A stretch of DNA of 64,000 nucleotides from Phoronis australis (GCA_002633005.1 NMRA01000030.1:1337801-1401800); one strand, 5' to 3'. Shown: positions 48,601-63,300, numbered from the stretch's first letter. The notes: a model not told the origin generated them from the sequence alone. Numbers and translations: made by a program.

Positions 48601-51600
48601 ATTGATGTGTTTAGGATTAATTATTTGCTACTTCGATGTTCATTTAGGCACATGGCTGACATTTTTGACCACCCTATCAACCGGAAGGGGGCTCGTTTGA
48701 GCCCCGAGACCCCCCACCCCACCCCAGGTACGCGTACAGTATTTATTAAGTCTTAAGCTTTATGGGTGAAGCGCTTGTTTCTCCTACAGTGTAATTATAA
48801 TGTTAGCACAGTTTTCATGAAACTCACTATGCGAGGCTTGCCACAAATTTTGCATATTCGAGGTCATAATGAAATATTTGCATCTTTGAAAGTTATCTTC
48901 TGTGCAAATAGTTTATTTCTATTATTTAATTCATCATTTACCATTTTTGGTATTCATCATTTCTGGTATTGATATGCTTTAATAGAATGCTTAAAGAACA
49001 CAGGAATGCCTTTAATGACACATTGCGTGCTGTGCATATCCTGATGTACAATCCGTCGCCACCAGTTGGTTGGGTGGCCCTGACTGTTTTTAACATGTTC
49101 TCGACTGTTTACCAACGTCGAACCTACCTGCGACTTTTTAACCACGTGCGTTTCCCGATTGCTCCCATAGACGACATACTGATTTAATCGTTAAATCAGT
49201 AAATGTATGTCCTCTATGGGGAGCAAGCGGGAAAATCAGGTGGCTGAAAAGTCGAAGGTCGGTGCGACGTTGGCAAACGGTCGCCTCTAAAAGTTGGTGT
49301 GACGTTGGCAAACAGTTGCCTCTTAGTTGGTGCAACATTGGCGAACAGCCGCCTCTACGTTGGTGCGGCGTTGGTAAACAGTAGCCTCTAAGTTGGTGCG
49401 ACGTCGGTAAACAATTGCTTGCAGGGTGCCAGGACGTTGATAAGTGGTCGGAATTGAATTGGCGCGACCTCGGTAACGGGTCGTATTTCCGCCGTCGGCC
49501 CCAGGTCTTACCGTCGTCGGTTATTAGTCGGCAGTCGGACCAGCGTCGGGTCATCGGCGGCCACACACCGACGTTCTTATGACGTTGATACAACGTTTGT
49601 CCGATGCACAAAATCACGTTGGTCCGACGTCAGACACCAACATTGGCCCGACGTAACGTGAGTCGTCGGACCGGCGTTGGACCACCGTCAGCATGCTATC
49701 TGGGGATAGGACTATGCATTCATATAGGTTATGTAGAATTATAGTGCTCGACCCCGGGTGTCAGCGAACCATTAAACCAAACATACGAACGACATCGACA
49801 AGTTCTGGGTTTAAGCGCCGGGCAGAAATATCTCCAGCTTTAAACTTTGCTTTGGAGTCCTACATTTTGAGTTCGGGAAATGTAAACAGGTGACACTGAT
49901 ATGTGAAACTATATCACAAATTACACACAGATTAATTGCACTGGCGGATTCAGAGAGGGGCCAAGGAGGCCATGGCCCCCCTAAAATTCTCCCAGATACC
50001 ATTTGGCAGTTCGGGGGTGCGAATGTCTGAAGAGCAAAATGCTGGCTAATACTCTGCCTTGCCCCCCAAACTCAAAATCCTGTATCCGCCCTTGAATTGT
50101 TTTGTTTTAAAAACAAATATTTTGTCTAAACATGATTGTAACTCGACTGAAAATAAACGAGACTCATCTCCCCCATTTGCCTATGATCGACTCAGCTGAT
50201 TTTGAGTCACAAAGCGACATGTTGGACGAATCAGGCAGTGTGAATGAGAACATACTTAATGAAAATGCGAGGTATGTACAATTTCGTCATCGAAAATGAT
50301 TATGACAATAATCGGACAAAGATGAGGAGCATCGGTCGGAGGAATGTGCTTCGTCGATTTGCTATGGAAGAACACTGACCTACACTTCATCCGCTACCGG
50401 CTGACCATTGCTGGCTTCTTGTGACGTAGTAGGAGATCTCGCGGTAAATTCCCCGCGCATTTTGGAAATTAATTTCGTCCAAAAGCACAAATCCATTCCA
50501 CTCGAAGTTTATTAGAGGAATTGGTTTCGCAAAATGTACAAATGAGGAACATGGGACGCGTATAAATGCATCACCTTAATATAATGAAGAAAACAGTATT
50601 TTAGCAGGCTTTGACATTCAATGTGATGCTTGGACTGCCAATAGGAAGGACAAACCACTCATTCAACAATAGTCATAGTTTCATTTATGAACACACCATC
50701 AGAGCTTGCAGGGAATACCAGCAATACTATAACGGTATCGAATGATAATCAAAAATTTTTGTTACAGTACTACATTTTCAGGAGTTGGATCTATTTTGTG
50801 CAAGAAAGTTCTTGTCTTGTTTTTTTTTTCGTGCTGGCGTCCTATTGTTGTGACCGCAAAGTGAACATTTAAAGTTATGTAGGACTTCATCGACAAGACG
50901 TATTTATCCAAATATCTGCAAAACTGTAGACTTTAACTCAGAAAAAGTGTATATTTTGTACAAATCATGTTGTATTTGATGTTTGACTTTATACTAATCT
51001 GCCATTAATTGGGTCACGTGACCATGTGTTTTTTGTAAAATTTAGCTACAGAAAGGTTCGTCCATTTAGTCCCATTTTCATAGCTTTTCACACAAAAGGT
51101 CAACATTTCACAAGCAACTTCTAACAGCGTAGTATCGGAAAGCTTCTGAATCATATAAATCTGATCAGCTATTTCTGAGATATGATGATCCAAATTTTGC
51201 CAAATCTGGTAATTTCAAGGGTCCTACAAACCTTCAGCGTTTGGCATGCGACACGGCAATGACTTTTATTAACGCGATATGAAATGGGACGGTCTGTACT
51301 TCCTATTGTAACCATGCCCTTCCCAAGTGTGGCTCATCCTTCCTTTTTTGAGTCCGTCTATACTTTCTGAAAATTTATCCCTTTCCATCGGCAGTCCGAG
51401 CTTCGTTTTGGGTGATTAAGCTGTTTAAGAATAACGTATAATTGTCGTTATGTAGGCCAGACACGTGCATAAGAAAATGAATAACTTACATCTATCTGTC
51501 TCTTGCACGTGACAAGGTCAAGGATGACGACACAGACGAAGAGAGTAACAATCAACGCTATGGTTACTGTTCCAACGCTGACGGCTCCTTCTGCTTCAGC

Positions 51601-54600
51601 TGATACATGTTCAACGTTCAGTGGAACTTCCGGTATCTCTGATTGAACTGTGGATGCAATGGCATGGTTATTAGAGCATATTTTTTTTCTCGATAGCCGT
51701 CGCGGTTTATGGGGTTATGGGGTTATGCATACATAGTTCAGTTTTGTTCTTAATGATTGTAGATCTAATGAGACGTTCAGTGCTACAGAACGTTTTGCTC
51801 CGTTTTTAAGAAAAGGTTTACATAATTACGATAACTTCATAGTACCATTATGATCACTTTCTTCAAAAGTCAATTTATACGGTTCAGTGGATGGCCGCGG
51901 TCAAGCTAACAAAGGGGAAAATCTGCGGCCAAAAGTTTTTTTCTTGAGATATACACCTAATTCACGCGGCGGACATTAAATTCCAGAGCGAGGCTCACTG
52001 CGATGAACAAAGCGGAAGTTGACATTGCGTGAGTTAAATGGCCGGTCATTCGAGTCCAACCTGGATATTAAGTCTTAAAAATGTGTCTGCTCAATAATTA
52101 ACCACAGAGACTCAGAAAAATACATTAGAGAACAAGTTAATGCACCAAAGAGTTGTCTGACTAAAGGATATTCGGAAAATAGGTTCAAAACACGAAAAGT
52201 AAATAACAATGACCAAATTGCGGCGATCGTAGTGTTACAGATTACTAGGTATTTTGCTGAATGCAGGGTTACGTTTCTTCTTGTAAATTGTTTCAAAAAT
52301 GCTTTCTATACGAACCAGGTCATCTGCTCGTATTTTTAACTCGTGAATCGTTATAGGTACATCTGCAATGAACAACAATACTCCTTAATAGGAATGCCCC
52401 CTCTCCCATGTTCCTTGGTTACCCGTCAAAGATCTGCAAGCATGCCGGTTGGAACTACAGTACCATAACATTCCGTTTTGATAAACAACTTCGTTAGTTT
52501 CTGACTTTGATGTTTATGCACAGGTATCTACGAAAATTGACAAATTCATGGCTTATCTTTGACAATTATAGGCTAATCTCGTAAGAATAGACGATGTTTC
52601 AGTGAATTTATTTGCAGGTGTAAGTTTGAAGAAATCTATAATCCGATCCCCAAATAGTAAAGTACACTTAGACCATATTTGCCTATCTAAAAATAAATAA
52701 CTCTCACAAGACACTGATGAAATTCGGAAAGTTCCCAAAAATTTATTCACGACTCAAATGACAATAATTGCATTGATTTTTGACTTAGGTACGTTTAAAC
52801 TCACAAACAGAAGATCAAAAAGGAATTAAGTCATTAAATTAAGGATAAACGCATTGTTCATGCAATCGATTGTTGGTTTCTGATTTACATGTTTATGTAT
52901 TCTACGAAAGTCGACTGATTGTTGGATGATGTTTGACAGTTAGAAGCTACATGTAATCCTGTAAGAAATGACTATGCATCATTGAACTTAGTTATATCCT
53001 GACATTGGGAAAATTCGATCTATCATCAGATCCCCAAATAACATGGTATACTAAACGATTTTTGCCTCTCTGAAATGAGTCTTTTAAAAGGATGTGAATG
53101 TTGGACAGCTCTACAAAGTGTCCCAAAATGTTGTCACAATTCAAATGACAAAAAATTGCTTATTGACTTAAGAACTAGATAACTGGCTTAAATTCATAAA
53201 CCGTAGATCGAAAAAGAACCTTTTAATCCTTAAATAGACAAAATTAAACAAATTGATCATTAACGTGGAAAGTTATCATTGTACTTCCTTCATGTTTTTA
53301 ATTTTCATTAGTATTGCGCTATGAATGATTGTTTTGCTTGCATTTCCCGTACATACATGTACTACACAGATGGAGCACGTCATGACTGACGCACGCACGT
53401 TAAAAATAAGGTGCAACCATGCAGTAGACCCTCGCAGAATCTTAGTGATCCCCGGAACTGAATTGTAACTAACGGCATTGAGATGTGTAAAATTTTGGAC
53501 ACACTTTGTATCATTTTCCCCAGCCACCAGAAGCTGGACTACCGGCCTTGTTTCAGCAAGGGATTTTGAAACAGCCCTTAAGGCACTATACCAGGGATCA
53601 GCGTTCGAAATATACACTGGCCCAGGGCCAGAGAATTTGCGACCGAGCCAGTAAACTTTCACATATAGGCCCAATGTAGATGTGATCTCATGTTCAAATA
53701 ACTGGCCTGGCGGGCCAGTACACATTTATTTGCTGAAGCTCGAAAACCGCCAGGGACCTCATATTTCAAAAAAAAAATCAAATAAAACGGACTTTCCCGA
53801 AACGGGATCATAATAAAACGAATCTTGACCTTAGAGCCAGCGCAGACGGATAGGTACGAGCTAAGCTGCACGTTTCAAGTGAATCATAGCTGAGCTGACC
53901 AACGACTAGCCTTAGTTCATCGAATTTCATTTTTCACTGTTAGATCTGAGCTACAGCTTCTTGAGGCGGCTCCCAGCTGCCTGTCAGTGCGCTGGCCCTA
54001 GGCCCATTACTATGAAAACTTGTTGGTTCTTATTTACTCAAATCCTGTTGTCTGCATCCTCAGGATTGCACCCCCATCTATGACCGACGGGAGGAATTCG
54101 GTTCTTGGCGGAATCCGGAGAATGGGGGGGGGGNNNNNCCCCCCCCCCCCTCCAAATAATTTTTGCTTTCATACGGGCCTGCATATTTTCGCCCGTGCGA
54201 CATTTTATGCCGGGTGCTACAATATACTCTGTCAATATCAACACATGGATGTAATATCAGCTGGACGACAGTATGTATTGGGTGTTTCAACGTAGTCTGC
54301 TTACCAGGAGTTTTGTAGCCTTGGTGCAAAGCTGTATACTAAATATGCAGCTCAGCGCCGATGTGGGTAAAACGCGAACAAATAAAATCTGACACAAAAT
54401 TATTATCATGGACAACTACACTTTTCTTTGGGTAAAACTAATTGATTTAACGGTTTTAGAAAAATAGGGAGAGTCCCTCGTCGAATTTTGGATTTGTCCA
54501 TGCCTTCCCTTAGGCCGACACGCACTATTGCGCAGGCCAATCTTTACACAGCTAGTGTACAGTGTACAGTGCTGGTCTGACCTTAAAAGCGGCCCCGTAT

Positions 54601-57600
54601 TAATAAAATAAGACCAGAAATGGACTCTCCATCACAGAAAATGGTATAAACAATGTATTGCATGACCCTGTTTGTCATCAAATTGAAAAAAACAAAGCGG
54701 GTCGAAATTCAAAACGGCGGAATCCGCCATCTTGAATTGCAAAAAGTGCTCAGAACCAAGCTAATTTTGTTCTCCTGATCATATTCAATACACTTCAACA
54801 AAAAACTTCACAGTAATCAACATTGCAGGGTTCACTATGGGAGCTGTTGGGCTGGCAACTAGATTATAAGTGCTTTTATGTGAAACAATGTTTGCCATCA
54901 CAATGTGACATCAAATATTGCCACTCTTGATACATATTGTTGCGTGCGACAATATGTGCTGGGTATGTCAATGTATGCCACGAATGCCGCCACATATTGT
55001 CACTCGGGCAGTAAAGTGTGTTTAGTGCAACAATATATGGGAGTTTGTTCATTTTAAACGCTCACGACATATCCAGTCATTTGATTAACGTTGAAAAATG
55101 AAATTAAATGTCACTGTTGTGTTATGTAGTTTGTACTAGATCGCTGATGGCAGCAAATTAGACTAGGCAGTCAAATAACGTTTCTGCTGTAAAAATTAAC
55201 CTATTCATGGAAATGCTGCTAGAGTCAATAGACGGGGAAGACTTGTTGCGTCACCTCAGTTTCAGGGTGTGGAACACTTACGCCGACATGCCGGCACCTT
55301 TGCTGTCCAGGCGGCGTGCTTGTTGCACTTGATGATTCGGTAGCTGGTTCCATCTGGAAAGAAATATCCGTCGAAACAGGAAAAATTGACGGCCGATCCG
55401 TAAACAGCTTCTGACGAGTTCATGACGGCAAAGGACACGTTGTCCAACTTGGGGCAGTGTACCGCTGAAATGGAGTAATCAATATGTAAAACTATTTTTT
55501 TGTTTAGCAAATATGCATTTTCATGGGCTTGTTATTGAATTGCAAGAGAAGATGCATTCCCAAAAGGCATAAGCATCATGAGACGCACATGGTAGCAAAA
55601 CTTGTTCGCAGTTTCATAGCTAGATAAACTGTACGCTTTTCATCATGGGGGACAGTGGGAACTTTTTGGATCGACTATGACAAGGCACCTGGTGGTTCGA
55701 CTATATTGCAATATTGGGCACAATACTCAGCATAGTGTCTGGGAGGGTCTTGGCGTCAGGGTGCCACAGTAATGTGTGCCTCTGCCAGAGCTTGTGGGTT
55801 TACTATTTTGACACCTTTCGGGTTGTCTTTAAGCGTACCTGGAAGAGAACCACCGTCTGGATCAGCAAAGTGAAGTTTGTGCAACCCACTCACCTTCGCA
55901 CGGGGGAATGTATACGTCCCACGATTTATCCGCAGTACACGTGGTATGTTTAACTGTGGCGCTGTCGTTGTATCTATATCCGGTGGTGCACGTGAAGGTC
56001 ACTTTGGTTCCATAAGCGTTTATGTCGGTGTTAGGTGTTGAGTTAGGAATCCATGGCCACGGACAATGCTTGACTGAAAATACACGTGTATGGTATGAAC
56101 GGGTGATCACACTATACTGTTTATGAGGTGTTCATCAAACAAACGAGCCACACTTTGATAACGCGTTGCCCGTACGATGCTGGTAAATTTTAAACCACCT
56201 TAATATTCATGGTACAATGCCATACCTCCATTCGTGTGAGTTTAAGGTCAATCATTCTTGTAATAATATTGCATTTTACGCGCCTTCTTTTTGCATTAGA
56301 GCAAACCAAATTGAAATTTTAATTTATGGAGTTGAACCTACTTTTGCATTGTTTTTCAGTTGCATTTGGGGACCACTCGCCATCGTTTTGACACTTAAAT
56401 GTCGTTGACGATAAGTTGCCAGGAAATTCATATCCTACGTCACACGTGTAATTGACTTCTGCACCAATACCCGACGAGTTGGAGTTCCACGTAGCATAGG
56501 GCGTAACGGGGTGCAGGCACGTGACAGCTGAAAGTAAAATCGTTCGGCATCTTATTGTATCGATCGCTCGCTCCATTTATGCCCACGACACGACAGTGAA
56601 AATGAATAGCTCCTCTCTTCATATTAACAGAACCATGACTGTCATTATTCACAGCCCAGTGATTCCTAAAATTATCACCATAGATTTCCAAATTATTACA
56701 AATAGGAATGGAATGACTTTCTTTAGTAGCAGGGCCGTAGGAAGCAGGGGGCCGGGAGAGCACTGCCCCCAAAAAAATTTCTGGCGTCAGGGTTGAACTG
56801 TGGCAGCCGAAATAGGCGTGGGGCCGGGGACAATAGAGAAAAGAAAGACCTCGAAATACGGATAAGACAGAATATTCTAAGAGAACATTTAACAACAGTG
56901 CATGGTTTACCTTTTGAGGACCCTGAACAGGACATTGTTAAGGTATCCGCTTTTGCAGCACAGGTCGTCTAAACGCACTTTAAAATGTTCACGTAATCAT
57001 TCATATTCTTACATACGAAAGTTAACTCTGTTAACCATTGTCACAGAGGGGCCTCTGGAAAAATATGGTTTTGCATTTGCAAAATTGACTTATTGCATAT
57101 TCAAAAATCCAATAAATTAGTACGGTCATCAAAAGCTTCGTTTTACAAATTTTCTCGATTTTTCGACGTATACGAGAACTTATTGAACGACCCTCGTATA
57201 TCATTTTTTTTTCGAAAAACCGTTACGTACGGTCACAAGACGTTATGTTGACACTCCACTGAGCGTCCAACTGGCACTGTGCGACTCTCGATTTGTTGAG
57301 CTCTTCTCGCGAGAACCAGAAGCCTTCATGACACGTATAGCTCACCACGCTCAGATAACTATTTGCTGTGCTGTTTGCGGTGCTGTTAGCTATCACAGGT
57401 GGAGCAGAACAGACAACAACTGAAAAGAAAATATTTTAAGCGTAATTAGAATGAAACATGATGACGAAAACAATGAAAGTCAGCCTAGTGTTTCGGGTGA
57501 AAGTATTTCACGACATGGAAGGAGTTTGAGATGTGTAACCTATGCAAACTTGTTTTTAACTGGCAATGAGTAAATTGCACGCCAACACTACAAAATTCTA

Positions 57601-60373
57601 GCTAAATTTTGCATTACTCAAGGAACCCTTGAAGTACAAACCTTGGCAGTTGTTGATGGAACTCCACTCGCCGCCCAGTTCACATTTGATCTCGTTGGTA
57701 ATCATATTATCCGGAAAAATCCATCCGACATTACACGTGTAATTCACAACAGTACCGACGATGTTCCTGCTCTGATTGAGAGAAGGTGGACCGGCGTCAA
57801 GGACCTCTTGCACGTAGGTGCACTCTGTTTGGAAGAATTAAAGTTTAGTCATTAGAGTCACTCACTGGTTGACAGTTATTTATTCCGGGAGGTGGTGTGA
57901 CCAAAACCGATAAAAAGTGAATTTAAGCCCACTACATTTCGAGCATTGCTTTTTTCAAAAGTTTTATTTACGCACGAAGCGAGCAAAATAGTCAGTGTCA
58001 TGTTGCTTACTTTCGACGTAGTAAATAGACTAAATATAGTACACACGTTAGAGTAAGCCAACGGGAGAGATTTCCGGTGATGCAATAATTATTTTTCGTT
58101 GGCTAAGCACGTAGCTCACCTCTTCCGTATGGTGTGAATTTCTATGCTCGCCAGAGAGAAGTGAGCTATGAGCTGATCTCATTTTCGTTCGAGGCGCGAA
58201 GGTCTCCGTTTACGGTAACTCTAAAGCTTTATCGAGCGCCACTTGGCGGTAAAAAAAGGCCAAGTTCAAAGTAAGATAAAGTAAAAATGAGGCAGTTTAG
58301 TAACTAAATACAACTGTACGCTCTATTCAGACACCAATGTATAGGCTTGGGAGGCGCAGCACTGAAAAATGTGGTGGGGCTATAGCCCNCCCCCCCCCCC
58401 CCCCCCCCAGCCTCCTATGGTACGCCGCCCATGATAGGCCCATAAGTGTCATCTTGCTTTACTACGAAACTAGACCTGTGACGCGTCGCAAAAATTAAAA
58501 AATTAATAAAATACAGCGACCTAGCAGAATGATAAAACAGAACTATCTCTAAGAAAGCGACCATACCTTTGAGTCGTTCACATATGTAAGGATTTTGGAA
58601 ATCCGTACAACTCCTGTCCCTCCACTTGCCTCCATGCACGTTGGTCAGGCGAGTACAGTCACCGTCACCATCAGGTTCTCCTGGGTCCCAGTTCAACCAC
58701 GTGGACGACGATCCGTCAACCCAGGCCCAAGCATTTGTGTTTGGAGCTTTCTTATAACCTATCCAGTAATCGAGGCCAGTAGCATCAGGCCTAAACGGAA
58801 AGGCAACTTTATATGAATAGTAAGTGTTTGTGACCGGTGAAACGTTTTATGAACGCTTTTACGTCGACTTAATGGCAGTAGATGTTAGCGGAGACAGGGC
58901 CGATTGGTTAGGGCCCTTAGGCGACCACACTGTATCTATTAAGAACGATGAATGCATGCTGTGAAAGAGACATTCAAGCTAGCGCCCCCGAGGGCTAGGA
59001 GCGCCCTAAGCGAGGGCGTATCAACAGCGTAGAGGAGACCAGTTTGTTGTAGATATTAAACTTAAATTGGAAATCTGTGGGTAACCTGATTTTTTTCATG
59101 TACTTTACAGCAGCCACAAACAAGGCACAACGAAGACAACACAAGCCTCGACTCCTAGGTCTAGGCGGAGGAGCCTGAGGGGGGATTGCCCCCAAGTCTG
59201 GGCAAAAAATAAGGGGAAATTCGGGCAAAACAGGAAAACAATGAGGCAGCGGAGCACCGTTTCGGAAAATACGGAAAAGGCGCATAAAGGAAGGTCCACA
59301 CGGTGTCGACTGGGGGTGCTTTGAATGTATGGGTAGGCTCCCACAAGGATGCCAAGTAACGCCAAAGGCTTTTCCATTCGTATCGTGGGTGTGGCGAACC
59401 TGTAAACTTACCCGCTCTCCGTGAGAAAAGTGTTCTCCATATATTCTTCAATGGTCACCAAATGAGCGTCCAGTTGACTGCACACATCCCGGGCTTGGCT
59501 CCACAAGACAGTCTTGTTATGTTCAATGGAATAACACGACGTGCCGTTGTGCAACCAGTTGTCGGGACACCAGAATGCTGAAAAACAACATGACGCTCGT
59601 AGTTGATAATCGTAAGGTTACGAGAGAACGTCCTGTCGCACTCGTCTATAATACCGAAAATTACCTAAATGATCACTTGTTAAAGATACCCTTTCCGCCT
59701 CATTTTGTTAAATACGAACTAAGAATGGAAGAATCCTCTTTCGACAAGACATCTAAGGTACACAAAACTGTCAATGTACCATCTGTTTCTCGGTCACATC
59801 TGATTTTTTATTTCAAACGAACCATCAGAATAAACGTAAAGTGCTTTTTGATACCAGTGACCTACTAAGTATGCGACCATGCACATTTAAATACAACATT
59901 AAATTGAGTATAATTGTAATATATTACCTTGGACATCGGTAATGAGCAGAAACGTCGCAATTAAATGCAAGATTTCCTGAAAGCAAATATATATATATTT
60001 ATATATGTGTGCGTGCGTGTGAAACAACAAGTTATAATTGAAACAATTGTAAATTGTCACTAACAAAAGCTAAAATAAAATGTATTAATTTGTGTTTGTC
60101 AGAGTCCTACCAGCTACCAATGACAACTAAAAAGGTACATGTTCGAAAAACCGTTGATCTGGTCTTCACTGACGGAAATTTCTTGCTACTTTCTATGTAC
60201 ATGTATCCTTGTTGATATCCATGTATACTTTTTGTTGGTCATTTAGGGCAGACACATTTGTATTTCCGCCAAACAAGTTGAACTTATCAGTTTAAGCAAT
60301 TAGTTCCAGCAACGAATTATTCATTAGAATGTTTACAAACATTAGCACTTACCATCACGCCCTGTTTATTCAT
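42679..60373 (-). CDS. Selectin-like type I membrane protein: signal peptide, C-type lectin, four sushi/CCP, TM, acidic cytoplasmic tail
   Basis: Exons (minus): 60373-60353, 59976-59928, 59577-59412, 58790-58567, 57824-57642, 56527-56342, 56073-55894, 55464-55282, 51647-51490, 45922-45688 and 42875-42679, all GT-AG with matching phases. CTLD: CPDNW..SCY..W.QAR..C..LVTI / YWIG..WVDGS..NWDPGEPD..C..WRD..C..YICE. Four phase-1 sushi exons of 180-186 bp. TM: VSVGTVTIALIVTLFVCVVILDLV. Confidence 0.85.
43624..43930. mobile_element. ~305-bp MITE with long imperfect TIRs, TA ends
   Basis: tatcgttggccaaat...tgcgtaagttaatt at left; aattaacttacgca...atttggccaacgata at right; inverted internal aaagtaa / ttacttt repeats. 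Confidence 0.7.
43916..44672. repeat. 40-bp minisatellite, about 19 copies
   Basis: Head-to-tail unit ttggccaacgatacgatccctgtatagtgaactagtcaat with scattered substitutions and no spacers. Confidence 0.95.
46049..49704. mobile_element. Non-autonomous EnSpm/CACTA-like element with 2-bp TSD
   Basis: Termini cccagatagcat / atgctatctggg, TSD GA, and arrays of subterminal cgttgg(t/g)ccgacg motifs at 46065-46410 and 49050-49690. Hosts Kolobok copy 3. Confidence 0.75.
46790..48375 (+). mobile_element. Kolobok-like derivative, copy 3 (best-preserved ends)
   Basis: TTAA|aagagaatgccaccc...gggtggcattctcct|TTAA. THAP remnant at ~46960-47190 (SFFRLPREPEMLRK*...VCGRHF). Confidence 0.85.
49939..50094. mobile_element. 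CA.TGGCGGAT-type MITE with 5-bp TSD
   Basis: Ends cactggcggat / atccgcccttg; TSD AATTG. Confidence 0.65.
52520..53230. repeat. Old tandem duplication, ~380-bp period
   Basis: ctacgaaa at ~52528/52903, gatccccaaata at ~52646/53029, and tcaaatgaca..aattgc at ~52754/53141. Confidence 0.55.
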
Positions 60374-63300
60374 ATTTCACAAGATGGATACTGTTATTTC
60401 CCGAAAATATGTTCACGTTGGTAAATTCATGGTGAAGTTCCCTTGATCTGTTGGATAATGCAAAGGAACTGGGTAATTGATTTAATGTAATCGATTCTTG
60501 TCTGATCAATAATGGGTTTCAATCCATAGTATTTTGTTCACAGACAAATGAAAATGCCCAGCAACGGCGTACACACTATCGAAGTTAGCGAATAATCAAT
60601 CGAGTATTGATCAGTCCATTCTGTTGTGACTTCCATGCATCAACTGAATTGTGTGCATCGAAACGTCACAGGGCTTTTAAGGTGTTATCATGTACAAAAC
60701 TTCCTTTTGTTGGACCTCATTAAGTACAACAACGCACTGATATCATAATAGCTTCAACTTCATTTAACAAAACGACGGTGTTTGAGGAAAAACTGTGGTT
60801 CGCAACAAAAATGTGTTTGTAAGAACTTATGTCTTGGCATTATTACGTATTTCAAAACATTAACTTGATTGAAGATATGGCAGTGTTATATGTTTGACAG
60901 CTTAATACATACTCTCTAGTATATAGCAAAACAGCGAGACATAACAAACAAACAAGTTAAACACTAGCTATATTTCGAGACGACATGTTTCATCATCAGG
61001 CAATGACTGAAATTGACATAAATGAATCAAAGTAGACAATGGCAAAAACGGTTGCAGCAGATAGAGGGTCACACAAGCAGATATTGTGAATGTATCCCGC
61101 ATATGCATGCCTGAAGATAGGAGACTGCTTAGAGACTACGAGAGAGTATATGTATTAAAACCTAACTTCAACGGAATTTTGTTATTTTGTATGTGTCGAG
61201 CTAACCAGATAGTCCTGGCAAAGCCTTAGTAAAATAAGAAAACGCGAGTTCAATCACATAAATGTAAGCCCGTCAAATGAAGCTGCCGTTTCGTGCCCCA
61301 ATGCGTGACCGTGAGATCCCAGCACAAACAACAAAAGGCCGATAACAGTTGTGTTGAAAAAGGGTCCGAATAGAACACCATTGCGTGCGGGTGGTATTAG
61401 CAGCTGTTTGAATTAAAAGGTGATTCTCGCGGGGACGTAGACAAAAGCAAGCCAATACGCCTCACAGTTCCTTACATTTGGCAATTTATGGCACTAGTTA
61501 GCTCAGACCGATGCTCTTAACATACTGTAGGAACCAAATTTACATGTGTTTCCGTTGAAGATAGGCAGACAAAGAGTAGAGCATTGTTTCCGTTCAAACA
61601 AGATTGTGTTACTGACGAGCTGCTATCGAGCTATACTAACTTCAGAACTTTGATAAACTTGCACATAATAGATGCGTAAAACACTCAAAAGGTGTCACTA
61701 CATCATGGTAAAGAAATGTAAATACCAGACACAGGATGCTTTAATAATGTACTCAGTTCAAAGTGAATGACTACCGCAAGTGAAACTGGGTATTTAAAAA
61801 CTAGCAAAGATACATCAAATCAGTAGTTTTCACCCTAAATTAACAATTTGCATGCGATCGTTATGAACTGAAATACTGCATCCATAAGGACAAAATCCTT
61901 TAAAAATCGAGTGAAAGTTGGATGCTGCTTTTTCAGCATCGTGTACCTGAATTTTTCTGAGAAATTTCAGCTTCCCCTTGACTAATCAAAAATAGGTCAA
62001 ATGGGTTAACAACTAAATTTTTTCAGACTATAAATCAAGAAAATGCCGTATGCAGACAGACTTCATTCGCAGCAAAATAAACAGCCAACCCAGAGACGTC
62101 TATTTTTAGTAAAATTACGGAAGTTAATTCAACCGTGGCTCAAGAAACCCTGTTGTGTGTCACAAATGCACTCCGAATGGGGCTATTCGGAGAATTTTCG
62201 TCGCGGTGTCGCTGCTGTACTAGTGGTGATTGAATTGCGCATGTAAACAACTGGTAAAAAGACGGAATTGTTATCAAAAGACGTCGTCGCGCTAAGCATC
62301 ATTATTGCTATTTTCCCCGGTGCAAGTCTTCGACAGGTTGTCAAAAATTCCCGAAAGACGCAAGGTTACTACATGAGTGGACAATTGCGGTCAAAAGTGT
62401 CAACCAACTGACAAAAAAGTGTGTGGATGCCGAAGCCCTGTGTGTGATCTATACATTTCCATTGGGAGACTACATAAATGCATAACATTATTTGGTAAGT
62501 TTTTAGCAATCAGTTTCTATTGACATCGTTCAGTGATGTTATCCCCACCAGTTACCCCACTGAATAAGGAGTTTATTGAGTGGAACTAAGTGTTTCTTTT
62601 CGAAAACTAACCCGGAACTCAGATGCCGGGTAGGCTAGCAGCACATATTCACGTATTGTCCTGGGTGGGAGTGCGCCCAATATGGTGGTACGTAACGCTC
62701 AGAAGTCAAGGGTGACTTTTTCACAGCAGTTTCTCTTCAAAACTATGCTGTGTCCAATAAAATTCACTAGATGAATGAGTTTCGTGATTTTATAGCGGAC
62801 CCCGCCCCAGGATTACCAGATTAGTTACCGAATTTTAAAACATGGATAAGCCTTCATTCAGTAAATGTCGCAACATTGCATTGGAGTAAACATGGACACC
62901 TAGAATGAATTTTATTTGTTGAGATCAGAAGCAAATTTTAAGTGTCATGAAAAATACACATTGTTAAATCACTTTTAGTCCGTTTCGCATATTTTAATTC
63001 AGATCTTAAATAAGACTTGGGTACAAAGGTTACTAGTTTCTACATATAATCATGAAGATGAAACGTCAAGTATGTGCTGCCTTACAAAAGTAGTTTTGTC
63101 TTGTGTTTTCTTTTATAATTTGCTAATATTTCTCTGACTATTCTGTTACAAGTGAGAGAAAACAACTGAAACCAACCGCCTGATCGTCTATTTTACCTTT
63201 GGACAAAGTGAAAAGAAATCCTCCAGCAATAACCTGAGAGAATTGATTCAGAAATTCAGCACTTGATATGCCTGATTATTAACTCCATTGCAATGTTCTT

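Noticed and set aside
53276-53725. 149-aa minus-strand ORF in a lectin-gene intron
   Set aside because: Non-ATG start, no recognisable domain, and the flanking exons join in phase without it.
58979-59022. GC hairpins ending in CTAG, like a Helitron 3' end on the minus strand
   Set aside because: No identifiable 5' end or second copy to support it.
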